Positions 27,091-38,300 of a stretch of 64,000 nt of DNA are shown here, piece by piece. The notes under the pieces are model-generated. The model made no database searches. It saw only the letters and a list, made by a program, of their open reading frames with translations, and had not been told where the DNA came from. A program made the translations under genes and the position numbers. Location: positions 1 to 64,000 of IMG/VR virus record IMGVR_UViG_3300017527_000515. The stretch is one strand, 5' to 3'. Every line of letters starts with the position of its first letter. The stretch's first letter is position 1. Origin of the DNA: a virus.

Positions 27091-30000
27091 CGTATCCATC
27101 TCCCCATACAGTGTCTTGTGTAATTGGATATGGGTCCATTTTACCAAGCACTAAGTGATTGTAGTCCACTGGTAGATCATCGTCCTGACATACTATATAA
27201 TGAGTACCACTATAAGAAGTTTCTAATCTATAATAGCCAGTACCACTGGCTGACACCGTGTAGTCCACGCGCTCATTAGTGTCTGCTCTAAAACATGCTA
27301 CTGGTCTAGATATAGGCACGTCTCTCTCAGTAATAGTACCTTCGAAATAATGAGTCTTATACTCAGGCCACTCTATCCATTGAAACCAATTCCAACTAGA
27401 ATTACCGCCATTATAGTTTGTTATGGTGGCTGTATTACTATCAGTTAGTACTACCTTATGACAGCTGGCATTGCTATCATTAGCGCCTGTACCATCGGCG
27501 CTGCCTTGGCTACTTACCATCGACATGCAAGCTACAGATCTGTCCATATTCCAATAATGACCTATAGACCCTTTAGTTTCTGATGTTACACCGCTGGATA
27601 AATCAGTCCAATAACCGCCATTTCTTATACCGTAAGCGGGGTTAAACTGTATAACTTCACAAGCGCGGCGATATAAAGCATCAGCACTGCTAGATTTGTT
27701 CCATTGTATTCCGTGGTCTTGTCTTGGGTATAATCTATAGTTTGCTCTGTCTGTATAATAGTTGTCTGTAGTAGGAGTATAGGAGCCAATTAGAAATCTA
27801 ACATGTTGTCCCCAACCACCACTAAAGTTAGCGTAGTCATAAAAATTAGTGTTACTGCCCGCGCTAGTATCATTAACGACGTGAGATACATACCATTGGT
27901 CTTGTAAACATTCTACTATATAAATACTTACCATGACAGCGTTAGCGCTGTTTTCTCTTTGGAAATGTAAAGTAGAAGAATCGGTAAACTTACCCCTAAC
28001 CTTATTTCTACTCTGGTAAGCCCCCCAGTCATCAGAAACCATGTGGAATTGCATAAATGTTTTAGTTAGGTCTACCGCCTCAGGTATATTTACTGCGGCA
28101 CTGGTACCAGTAAACACATATTCAATTCTCTGAATTTTTACTTGTCGCGGGTCAAACTCTACTATGTATACAGACTCGTCTGTGGTACCGCCACTACCTG
28201 CGGCCTCAGCACTACCTATCACAGCACTATTCACAGTGTCCATGTGCCACTTTCTCTGTAAATAAACCTGGTAGCCATTACTGGCGCCTGCTCGCCAACT
28301 AGCGAACGGCACACAATTATCAGCGTTCATACCATTGGGTAGATAGTTATATCTGACTGAACCTGTGGTGCCTTCAATATGATGTATATTTCTGACTAGA
28401 GAATTAGTAGGGTTACTAGTATTTACCAATGAATTAAATTTCTCATCAGCGTCTGGATGAGCATAACCAATCCAATCTATTAATCCGCCATATGAAGGAT
28501 TTAAGTTCGTTCCGGCAGGCGTATCTCTAGAACATTCCACCTGGGTATTACTAGTTACTAATCTATAGACATGAAAAGCACCGCGGAAATCATTAGAACC
28601 GGTGCCATCGGTGCGACCAACATTATTTAAACTTGCATTAAAAACAGTCCAGGCATCTTCATTTCCTAAGTGTCTAGTAGGTATAGTTCCAGTTTCTTGC
28701 GACTCTCCGGTGTCAAGAGTAGGAGCGTATAGATATAAATGCCGTCTGTTATCTAGAAACGTAATAACTTGAACATGTGAATACATTGTGTCAGCATTAG
28801 TAATACGATTGGTGAATACTCTATGACCACTAGGAGTATGACCAACCCTGGCAGTTGCTCTATCTGTGTAATAGTTATCTGTCGAAACAGCATATGATCC
28901 TAGTTCAAATCTAGAATAATAAGACCCCCATGAAGGCGTGTACACATTTCTATAAGTAGTTACATTCCCTGTATTATGATATACGTCTATCCAATTCCCA
29001 GTTAGATCCTCTACTACCCAGTAAACACCGTGAACTGAATTTCCAGCATCATTTCTATAGAATTCCACCTGGTCGCCGCTTGACACAAATCTAGATCTAA
29101 TAGAACTTCTACTGAACCAAGTCCCTTCATTTTGTTCCCAGTTATTTAGTATGAATGCTTTAGAAGTATCAACCCCACTAGCCAACGTCATAGTTTCTGT
29201 TGTGCTGCCCCAATTTGTAAACTCCCCGTATTCCACTTTAACCTGGTCTGGATAGAATTCCACCACACTTATGTCCACATAAGCATCCCCTGTAGCATCT
29301 GTTCTATGGGTTATTGCAACTCCTGGCTCTCTCAGCCAGGTTACACATTTATGTTCTCGTATCTGACTACAGCCCTCACCACGAGATGCTGCGAATACCG
29401 CACAGTTAGATATGTCCTGCCCTTTAGTTAGATCGTAGTAGTCCCAATAAGTATAATTATATATTCTAAAAGTCTCTACTGATTTAACTGGTGTTATGTC
29501 TGGGTCAAGTGGGGAGGGATTGGTTCCTGTGTTAATCACTATACCGCCCCAATCTATTACAGTTGCACCTTCGTAACTAGTATTACCACCGCCGTCTGAA
29601 TTTCTTTGCCTCTGTGCTTGGGTGGTGCTGTTGAACTTGTGTGACACCCACAAAGAATCTATCTGAGTAGTAGCGGTGGTCGTACCTCGTGCCACATGGC
29701 CGTTTGTGACTATCATGGCCTTGTTTAAATTGACTGGTCGATTAAAATTCCAAACACCTGTAGTGACTCCAGAGGCACCTAAGCTTAACTCCCTTTGATC
29801 TGATATATATACCTTACTATCGTCATTAAAGGTTATAAGTTGCCATGATGGGTATATAGTTCCGGTGGAATTGATTCTATCACATCGCCAAAAAGTTTTA
29901 AAGTAGGACCAAACTCTTACTGTACTACGGTCACAATAATAACCGTCGTCAGTAGGGGCCCAGGAAAATATAACCCAGGTCTTGGTGGGGTCATTTCGGT

Positions 30001-30610
30001 CCGAAGTAGCACCTGCTGGCCTCTTATCTTGTGCAGTGCCAGTAAAAGAAGAAGAATTATGTGTAACATTAAAATGTTCGTTAGTGGCACTTATGTCCTC
30101 AAACAAAAAATAGTGGCCAGAGACTGTCCCTGACCCCTCATTACGGTACATATCTACATATGTTCCGCCAGAATCCACCCTTCCTCTGACCATACACGTA
30201 TCCCAACGTCTATTGCCTGAAGAAGATCTCCAGTAATGTTTCATAGCAGTTTTATTCTGTGTAAATGATGAGGGGGTAGTGTAATTAGTAGTAGTTCCAC
30301 CTGGCAGAGATGAGAACGAACCTTGTTGCACCTTAATTTCAGCGGGCTCGAATTCAACTACGAAACATTTAATGTATATATTAGTAGATCTAGTGGTAGC
30401 TCTCTGAAAATTTATTACGCCGGACGCTACAGTCCCGCCGAAATATATATCAGTCAGATGACTATCTTGATAATCCTGCCCGCCATGTAAAGTCATGAAG
30501 GGCACACAATTCTGATAGTTCTGTCCCTTGGTTAGATCTATGGTCGACAACGTAGAGCCGGTGCCCTGTGTTATCTCTATGAATTCAACTGATTTTACCA
30601 TATCTGCCAT
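27074..30610 (-). CDS. Large putative receptor-binding/virion protein with three internal repeats and shared C-terminal domain
   Basis: Three copies of VKSVE..LTKGQ..NC.PF...VVEF.P..KV and of D.YY.DR; C-terminal RPVACFRADTNE module. Confidence 0.75.
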   Translation of the reverse strand: MADMVKSVEFIEITQGTGSTLSTIDLTKGQNYQNCVPFMTLHGGQDYQDSHLTDIYFGGTVASGVINFQRATTRSTNIYIKCFVVEFEPAEIKVQQGSFSSLPGGTTTNYTTPSSFTQNKTAMKHYWRSSSGNRRWDTCMVRGRVDSGGTYVDMYRNEGSGTVSGHYFLFEDISATNEHFNVTHNSSSFTGTAQDKRPAGATSDRNDPTKTWVIFSWAPTDDGYYCDRSTVRVWSYFKTFWRCDRINSTGTIYPSWQLITFNDDSKVYISDQRELSLGASGVTTGVWNFNRPVNLNKAMIVTNGHVARGTTTATTQIDSLWVSHKFNSTTQAQRQRNSDGGGNTSYEGATVIDWGGIVINTGTNPSPLDPDITPVKSVETFRIYNYTYWDYYDLTKGQDISNCAVFAASRGEGCSQIREHKCVTWLREPGVAITHRTDATGDAYVDISVVEFYPDQVKVEYGEFTNWGSTTETMTLASGVDTSKAFILNNWEQNEGTWFSRSSIRSRFVSSGDQVEFYRNDAGNSVHGVYWVVEDLTGNWIDVYHNTGNVTTYRNVYTPSWGSYYSRFELGSYAVSTDNYYTDRATARVGHTPSGHRVFTNRITNADTMYSHVQVITFLDNRRHLYLYAPTLDTGESQETGTIPTRHLGNEDAWTVFNASLNNVGRTDGTGSNDFRGAFHVYRLVTSNTQVECSRDTPAGTNLNPSYGGLIDWIGYAHPDADEKFNSLVNTSNPTNSLVRNIHHIEGTTGSVRYNYLPNGMNADNCVPFASWRAGASNGYQVYLQRKWHMDTVNSAVIGSAEAAGSGGTTDESVYIVEFDPRQVKIQRIEYVFTGTSAAVNIPEAVDLTKTFMQFHMVSDDWGAYQSRNKVRGKFTDSSTLHFQRENSANAVMVSIYIVECLQDQWYVSHVVNDTSAGSNTNFYDYANFSGGWGQHVRFLIGSYTPTTDNYYTDRANYRLYPRQDHGIQWNKSSSADALYRRACEVIQFNPAYGIRNGGYWTDLSSGVTSETKGSIGHYWNMDRSVACMSMVSSQGSADGTGANDSNASCHKVVLTDSNTATITNYNGGNSSWNWFQWIEWPEYKTHYFEGTITERDVPISRPVACFRADTNERVDYTVSASGTGYYRLETSYSGTHYIVCQDDDLPVDYNHLVLGKMDPYPITQDTVWGDGYDGGSI

Positions 30611-30622
30611 TGTAAATACCCC

Positions 30623-31483
30623 TTATTGTGCTGTATAGTAAGTGGTACCTTCGTCAATTTCTTCATCTATTACGAAGATTCCGCTGGTAGTAGCCACAAA
30701 TATGGTGTTGTTCACACCACTATCTGAAGTTCCTTCCGTTACAAATATATCCAGTATATCTACGCCTGCGTTGATGAGGAACGTACCAGTCTCATAAAAC
30801 TTGTCTGGTTGGTCCCAATCCTGATTATTTGCATTCTTTATATTAACACGCCACTTATTCCCATCCCATGTAGTATAGTATATCTTACCACTGGGGGTTA
30901 CAAATACCTTACGAGCTAACTTAGTATGCCCTTCTGCCCTTTGATAATATAAATCTGGCCCTCTATAGTTTACTCCAGAAGCCGTGCTCATAACTAGATG
31001 ACCGTTATTACCGTGTATATATCTAACTTGGTTAGATAATATGTCCGGTGTAGATAAATAATCACTGAGACATATTATCAGCTCATATGGGTTATCTGTA
31101 TCGCCGTCTATGCAAGTCTTGGGGAAGTATTTTACCCCGCTGGCCGGTGTTGCTAGATAAACATAAGTATCATCTGCCCATACTGAATTAAAGCCATGTT
31201 TATATGTTATATGCGCATAAGCTTTCTCTGATTCTAACTCTATTATATTTAATCCATCTGTAGTAGCTGCATATACATAGGTGTCATCTGTCCATATCTG
31301 CTTTAAATAAGTAAAAGGATCTGGACATTTGCCCCACTGTAACTCCGGTGGCCGTTCCCATTGCTCATCTTCATCCAACCATTGGGTAAAACAAGTCCCC
31401 TCTGTTGCACTTGAGAAATTAAACAAGTACGGAGATTGAGGATTCCAGCCTGGATCAGTGAAGTTAAATATATTTTGTGCCAT
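30623..31483 (-). CDS. Putative beta-propeller virion protein
   Basis: Blade-like repeats IWTDDTYVYAATTDGLNII / VWADDTYVYLATPASGVKY / IFVATTSGIFVI; N-terminal FNF..GWNP...FNF peptide. Confidence 0.7.
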   Translation of the reverse strand: MAQNIFNFTDPGWNPQSPYLFNFSSATEGTCFTQWLDEDEQWERPPELQWGKCPDPFTYLKQIWTDDTYVYAATTDGLNIIELESEKAYAHITYKHGFNSVWADDTYVYLATPASGVKYFPKTCIDGDTDNPYELIICLSDYLSTPDILSNQVRYIHGNNGHLVMSTASGVNYRGPDLYYQRAEGHTKLARKVFVTPSGKIYYTTWDGNKWRVNIKNANNQDWDQPDKFYETGTFLINAGVDILDIFVTEGTSDSGVNNTIFVATTSGIFVIDEEIDEGTTYYTAQ

Positions 31484-32349
31484 TACGCCCCCGAAAAAGT
31501 AGTTGGGTAAACATTACCTATAATTAAATCATTATATGCATCGCCAGCTGCATCATCTAATGCTACTATGTAATGCGATCCGCTGTAAGAAGTCTCAATG
31601 TAATAACCACCGTCACCGCTTGAGGTTGTTTCTCCAAGTACGCCACCGTTATCTCTTCTGTGTAGCCTTACTGACCTCTCTACCGGCAACCCCTCTTGAA
31701 AAATATAACCGTCAAAATACCCTAATACAAGCCTTTTGTAGTATTCCCCGTATTCAGGACCATAACCAGAGGTGGTAGTGGTGACGTTATCGTTTATGGC
31801 AGCAGAGCCCACACAACTATAACAGTTGTAAGCATTATTAAAATGTGTTTTTAATATCTGGCCGCCTGTTGTCACATTCGGCCAATTAGCGTTTATTATA
31901 TGTGCATAGCCCCTCTGAAAATAGCAATTTTTTATTTCCAAGGTATCAAAAAGCTGGTCCGATGGCTCAAACGGATATTGATCATTACCTGCTACTATGT
32001 AACATTTATTAATATAAAGAGACAGGTCATCATTAGAACTAGTTACATCCACTACTCTGGTCCATGAGCTATTAGGTTTAGTTATTTTAAATCCTTCTAT
32101 ATAAATAGACTGTTCACTGACAGGTGCGTAAGTTATATACACTGAAGAAGACCCACCTGACGGACTACGTATCTCAACGGTACCTGTATAATTATCAGTA
32201 CTCGCCCTAAGACTCACAGCCTTATCTATAGTTACACTTTCAACATATTGAGCAGGATCTACAATTATTAAATCACCATCTGAAGCTGCGTCAATAGCTA
32301 ACTGTATACCTAAATAGTCTTTGCCTACACCTACATATATAAAAGCCAT
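31483..32349 (-). CDS. Pectin-lyase-like parallel beta-helix protein with shared C-terminal domain
   Basis: VGVGKDY..IQLAIDAASDGD.I.V....Y.E.V.IDK.V.L beta-helix cap, IEGFKIT; C-terminal RSVRLHRRDNG module. Confidence 0.7.
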   Translation of the reverse strand: MAFIYVGVGKDYLGIQLAIDAASDGDLIIVDPAQYVESVTIDKAVSLRASTDNYTGTVEIRSPSGGSSSVYITYAPVSEQSIYIEGFKITKPNSSWTRVVDVTSSNDDLSLYINKCYIVAGNDQYPFEPSDQLFDTLEIKNCYFQRGYAHIINANWPNVTTGGQILKTHFNNAYNCYSCVGSAAINDNVTTTTSGYGPEYGEYYKRLVLGYFDGYIFQEGLPVERSVRLHRRDNGGVLGETTSSGDGGYYIETSYSGSHYIVALDDAAGDAYNDLIIGNVYPTTFSGA

Positions 32350-32352
32350 AAT

Positions 32353-35300
32353 TTAAGCTCCTGTATAAATATAATCTGGTAAAGTAAAACTATCTGTTCT
32401 TACATATACTCCATCGGGAGTAGCGCTGCCGAAGTATATCAATATAGTACCGTCATCATTTACTAAGACTGGTTTTGAATTTACATTAGCAGAATTAGCA
32501 GATGATTGTCGGGCTACGTGGTGCCCACCATAGGTACTATCAGTACGATAATATAGATCTTGATTATCATTACTATTATTAATTAAAAAAGTAGCAGCAG
32601 CTTGGCATTTCCACCCTGGAGGAACAACCAGTGTAGTAGAAGTCTCCGAATCAGATGGATTTTGCCAACCGTTAGGGTTGGCTGCTGATCTCCACACCAC
32701 CTCTCCGGCAAAAAGGTCAAAGATAAGTACCTCTGAAGAGTCAGTACTGTAGATAACCCCTATACATCTATCGTCTCCATCATAGTACCCCATGTTTGGG
32801 TAATCTATTGTAGGTATACCTGAAGATGCTGTGAAATTAGAACTATCTAATGTGGATGTAGAACCAGATACATTAGTGTATACATAGTACCATGTATCTG
32901 TTGCTAGTCCAGAAACAGTGACTTCAGTTCTATCATTCAATTCGTACATACCATAGTAACTATCTTTCATGTGTATAGTTCCTGGGTTTATGTATATACC
33001 ACTTGTTGTTGCGTACTCTACCTGTAAGGATTGCTTTCCTTTATCAACTGGTATGTCTGTTATATCTCTCCAGCGATAAACTTTTATAGTACAAGATACG
33101 GCATTAGCTACTGCTATATCTATTGACGTTACGTTATCTTCAGTATTAGACCAATAACCAGCAAAGGTACTTGTTATTCTGTCTGTGTTAGCAGAATCAT
33201 ACACAGTATCTTGGCAATTAACAAATCTTGGGCCTCCTGATTTTAAATACACATCAGTGGTAGCAAATATCTGCCTTGTAGCTAGTGGAGTTCCTAAGCA
33301 GTATCTAAAATCACTGCCAGAAAGCACTGACCCTCCGTCAGCAGAAGAACCATGTTGTGTAATGAGTCCCACACTGTAATTAGAACCTGAATCATTATTT
33401 AATCTAAAAGTAGTGTCAGGGGCCACTGTAGTCATCTTTGTCCACGATGATTCTATCTTTGCTCGCGGCCAATTATCACCATCCCATGGAATAGACTCAC
33501 TGAATGTTTCGTTATCAGCTTCGATAGTTGCCACTAGTACCCAGTTTCCTTCCGCAGGCGGAGCCTCAGTATAACTACCACTTATTTTAGCGATAGCACC
33601 TGTGTTGCCGGAAAGATCTGTGGGGCCAGCAACACCAGTAACCGCCGAACCATCAGAAGCATACGCAAGGAATTCTACATAATCACCGGCATTTAAGTAT
33701 TCTGTGCAGGCATGTGCTCTGGCATCATTGGAACCTTGGCCAGAAATTCTATTAAAATCTAATATTTTAGTGCCATTTACCTGCCACTTAGTTCTTACAC
33801 TAGTGGGGGCAGAACTAGTATTAAATCCTGCGGTAAATACGTACCAACCATCAGACGGAGCAGTTAGTCTAGTTGGGTTACTTACATCCCAATAACCTTC
33901 ATCGTCTCGCAGTGTGGTATCCCAACTTAAAGGTGTGTAAACACCATCAGGTAACGACTGAGTAGTGCTTCTATAAACCCTAGCACCAGATGTACCCAGC
34001 CCTCCAGCGGCCGCGCTAACGAAATCTATACCAGAGCCAGTAGAAACCAACAGTTGCCCTGTTTCACCATAATCATCTGGGGTATCAGTTAAACCAGAGA
34101 ATGTTGTTGGAGATTCAGGTAATTCCTCCCACACAATTCCAGAGCCAGTAGATATTAAGTGTTGATTTTCTGTGCCAGAATACGTTACTGGGGTATCGTT
34201 CAGATCCAAAAAGCTCTCTACATAACTAGGAAATAGTTTGAACTCTAAGGCTGTAGCCGCATCATTTGCTCCTAAATAACCACTAAAGGGAACTTCTGTG
34301 ACTTCATATGTACATAAAGTATTTCTCAGAGAAAAATTAGTAGCTTTTATCCAAGCATCTGTTCTAGCTATCTTAGATATTCTAATGTTATCAACAACGC
34401 CATCAAAGCCATTGGCTGAGTTGCTGTATTCACCACCAATAACAATGGTGTGGGTGTTAACCTCAAAGTTCGTTTCTCCAGAAGCATTGGTTGTGTGACT
34501 GCCGTTGTGGAAACCTTTCATGGCGCCGCTATTCTGGGTCAGGGCTGAATAATAGTAAACATCTTCTGGAACATAAGCATTTGATATGTTTATGCTGTGT
34601 GATGTAGAAGATGGGTGGTAAGTACCACCTAATAAATTATCGGTAGATCCAGTAGCACCTGCACCTGTTTGGAAAAAATAATCAAAAGCTGGGTTAGCAC
34701 CACCGCGCACTACTATTTTTTGGTATCCATCTATAGAAAAATCATCTGGTTTATGTAGTGCTTCTAGAGTAAGTTGTGTGGTTAGATTTTGAGAACTTGT
34801 ATACGGAATATTAATCTCATCGTCGCCGCCATCAAAATCTATACCCTTACCAACCAAGCCATTTACTAAATCCCCGCCACCCATACCACCAGCCGGAGTA
34901 CCGTGGTTGTGATTAGAGGTACTATCTTTTATGCATAAAGAGCCGCCAGCAGGAGACTGTGCCATATTATATACAGCTATGAAATCACTATCCCAAACTG
35001 CTTCAGCCGGTGTGCTATTCACATCCCCAACGTAGGTGGTGTTGTCTGGCAAGTCTGCACTATAAACCAGCCTTAATACCGTATCTTCTACGGAAGATAT
35101 ACTAGGAACTTTAGTATGAAGAACAGCTTTATTACTTCCTTCTTCCCACAATTCTATTTCTGTATAACATTGCTGGCTAGCTTCTGTTAGTATCTGAAAC
35201 TTTTTAGAGTTAGCGCCGAGCTCCGTAAAAACTAAAGAACTATTTAGTACTACTGTTAAAGGAAAATTGGTCAGAGTAGAATCTATTTTAGTATGATCTA

Positions 35301-38300
35301 TGGTTATTACTACTTGCTTTACTACGTCTGGATAAACTGAAGGAGTATCAGTTAGTCCCAAAAATGTTGAACTTCCTGACGCCGTACTGACTGGCGCATC
35401 GTTGACTAGTAAATCATTACCATCAGCCGAAAGTTTTAAATCTCCTATGTACACTGTTCCGCTGGAAGTATAAATATCATTACAATGAATGTCTCCAGTA
35501 CCTGATATAGTACCCGTGCCGAAGTTCCATGGCACATAGTCACTAAGATCCCCGCCTCCTCCTCCTGTATTTTCAGCCATCTGAATAACTGACATTCTGG
35601 CTGGGTGTGTCGCAAATTGTGCTGTTTCTGTCGAACCTTTTTCCTGTCTAACATACGTATCTATATAATCACCAGCAACACAATCCACCAAAGTTGTTAT
35701 TTGTAGACTCTCTACTGATGTAGCAGCAGCTACTCTTTTACCGACCGTTTGGATGGGCACACCGTTTTTGCGGATTGCAATAGTAATAATATCCTGGTCG
35801 CCCATAAGAGTCAAACGTTCGGCAGTAGAGGTAACTAGATACTTACCGTCTTGTTTGGCAGTAACCCTGTTGTTAACTGTATCTGCTATATCACCCACAT
35901 TAAGGTCTACCCCGTTAAAAGGTACCTTATACCATACACCACTATCCATAGAAATACCAGAGTTGCAGGTCATCTTAGCCATGTGTAATGACGCACCCTG
36001 GTCTACACTGGCGTATTCGACCAGCTGTACAACGGAAATGGTTGGTGGTTCTGGCGTCACAACCTCTTGAGCAGAGCCTGTGTTTTGCCACATATGTAGT
36101 TCTAATTCGTCGCCCTCATTCAAATCTAACACGGTGTTTAATTCTACTGGAGCATATCCACCGCCGCCGGAAGCTTCCCATATGTCAAGAGCTACAGAAG
36201 TACCATTTACAAATAAATATAGCCAAGATTCCTTCTGGTCGGTAAATATAGCGCCATAACGATGTTTTAAATTTATATAGTATTTACCATCTCTTTGTAT
36301 GAAAACAGAACCGCTTGTAGTATTAGCCATACCACCGGCATCAAATTCTATAGTGTCTAAAGGTATCTTAGTGTCTGCTCCCCCAGTAGGTAAGCTGAAT
36401 GAAGCCTGTCGGCTCATCTTTGTCATATGCATTATAGTACCACTAGGTACTACGTCTACAAATTCTACACCCGATGCTGTAGTTTGAAGGTATTTACCTA
36501 CCTCACCGGCGTATGAAGTGGGAGTATCATCTAGATCTAAGAACGTTTGAACATCTGATGTACCACCTCCCCCACCTTCAGAGCTGGTAAATTCAGCCAG
36601 TCTCACCACTGACATTTTAGGTTCCCACGATCCAGTGTTTGTGTCACGATCACTACCGTGATTATGATAGATATAATATTCTAAATAATCATCTTTTTGT
36701 AAATCAAGAATATCAACTATCGTAGGGGTGTTATTATTAATATGAGCAGCGCCAGCGCCCGGACTACCATTGACATATATATAAGTTAGTAAATCTCCAG
36801 AAAGACCATCCAGATTACATTTACCAGTGACTAGGTATTTTCCCGCAGTCTTAATAACAAACTTACTGTTATTAATATCTCCTATGTCGCCCATATTATA
36901 TTCTAGAGTATCAAAATCTACTTTTTGTACGGCACCACTGGATATACTTTGCGCACCGGCTCTCGACATACTGGCCATGTCTGATGATATACCAGAAGCT
37001 ACTGGTAATTGTAGATTAACACGTTTATACAACCTAAATGTACCAGTTAGATCTGTGTTGTCTGTCCATAGTCTGAAAGATGTAATTTTATCTGATGTAT
37101 TATCCCAAAAAAAACCCTGATTTGATGACCACCATTTGTCAGTATCATCACTTCTTTGAGCTGATCTGTTATTAAGAATTACCCGCTTCTGGCCAGTATT
37201 TTTTAGATACCATGTAGTTTTTTCAGTTTCTACATAATCATAAGAGTTGGTCAAGTAGAAAAAGGTCGAGCCAGGAGATGTATTTGATACAGGGACGGCA
37301 CCATCCTGTGTAACATAACCAACATCATAATTAGCGCCACTATCGTTATTGAATCTTAATTTAACATTAGATCCACCTGGAATCTCGGCGTTTATAACTT
37401 CGAATATTACCACATCATCTACATCACCGTCCCATGTAAAGGTTTGGTCGATGCCGCCCGAAATTAAAGTCCACTCTTGTACCAGCTCATTAACATAAAT
37501 ATTAGTATCTATATAATCAGGTTCATATATAGGTAGAGATACATTTGTTCTTTTGTATATTTTAACATATCCTGTAATATCATCAGTAGTACTTAAAGTA
37601 AAAGATTCTACCTCATCTGCAGTATTATCCCATATACCAGTCAGTAATACATTATTATGATCAGCCTCATCAACCTCGTATCTCCATTGCTGTGATGCGG
37701 ATACTCTTTTTTTGCCGGACTTTAGAAATAAATTATTTACAGAAGCAACATAACCGTTAAGGACAGTATTTGCCACTGACATATATGTATACGGATCTTC
37801 CGCTCCACCTGACGCGCCATTAGATATTTGCCCTAACCAAGACATAGAATAATTTGTTGAAGTATCATTATTAAATCTTAAATAAGTAGCAGAACCTCCC
37901 GTACCAGTTGCCTGATACTGACACTCTATTACCCATCTATCATCGGTATTTCCTTGTATACCAGACAAAGTAACATTTAAAGTTTCATCATTAGCACTAT
38001 ACTCAGCCACCAGTTCCAGGGCCTCATAATCCGTACCTACAGAGTTTATATTATGTGCCGAAAAATCTATACCCGAACCAGTGGACACCAGTACCTTGCC
38101 TATAGTGTCAATATAGTCATTTGGGGTGTCGTTGTGGTCTGTAAATGCTTCAGCGCCAGGTGCCTCTCCGCCGGAAGCAGTAGTTGGCATATATAACAAG
38201 TCCCACTCTGCGCTGCTAAGCTCCATCATCTCTATTTCACTTAGATGAACCTCTGCTCCGCCAGAGTTGATGGCAGTAATGAATACTCTATAGTATAAGA

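Noticed and set aside
37100-37120. G_GGT_TTT slippery heptamer / T8 run in the fibre gene
   Set aside because: A -1 shift reaches TAA within a few codons in mid-domain and no stimulatory structure is evident; it is explained by Gly-Phe-Phe codons.
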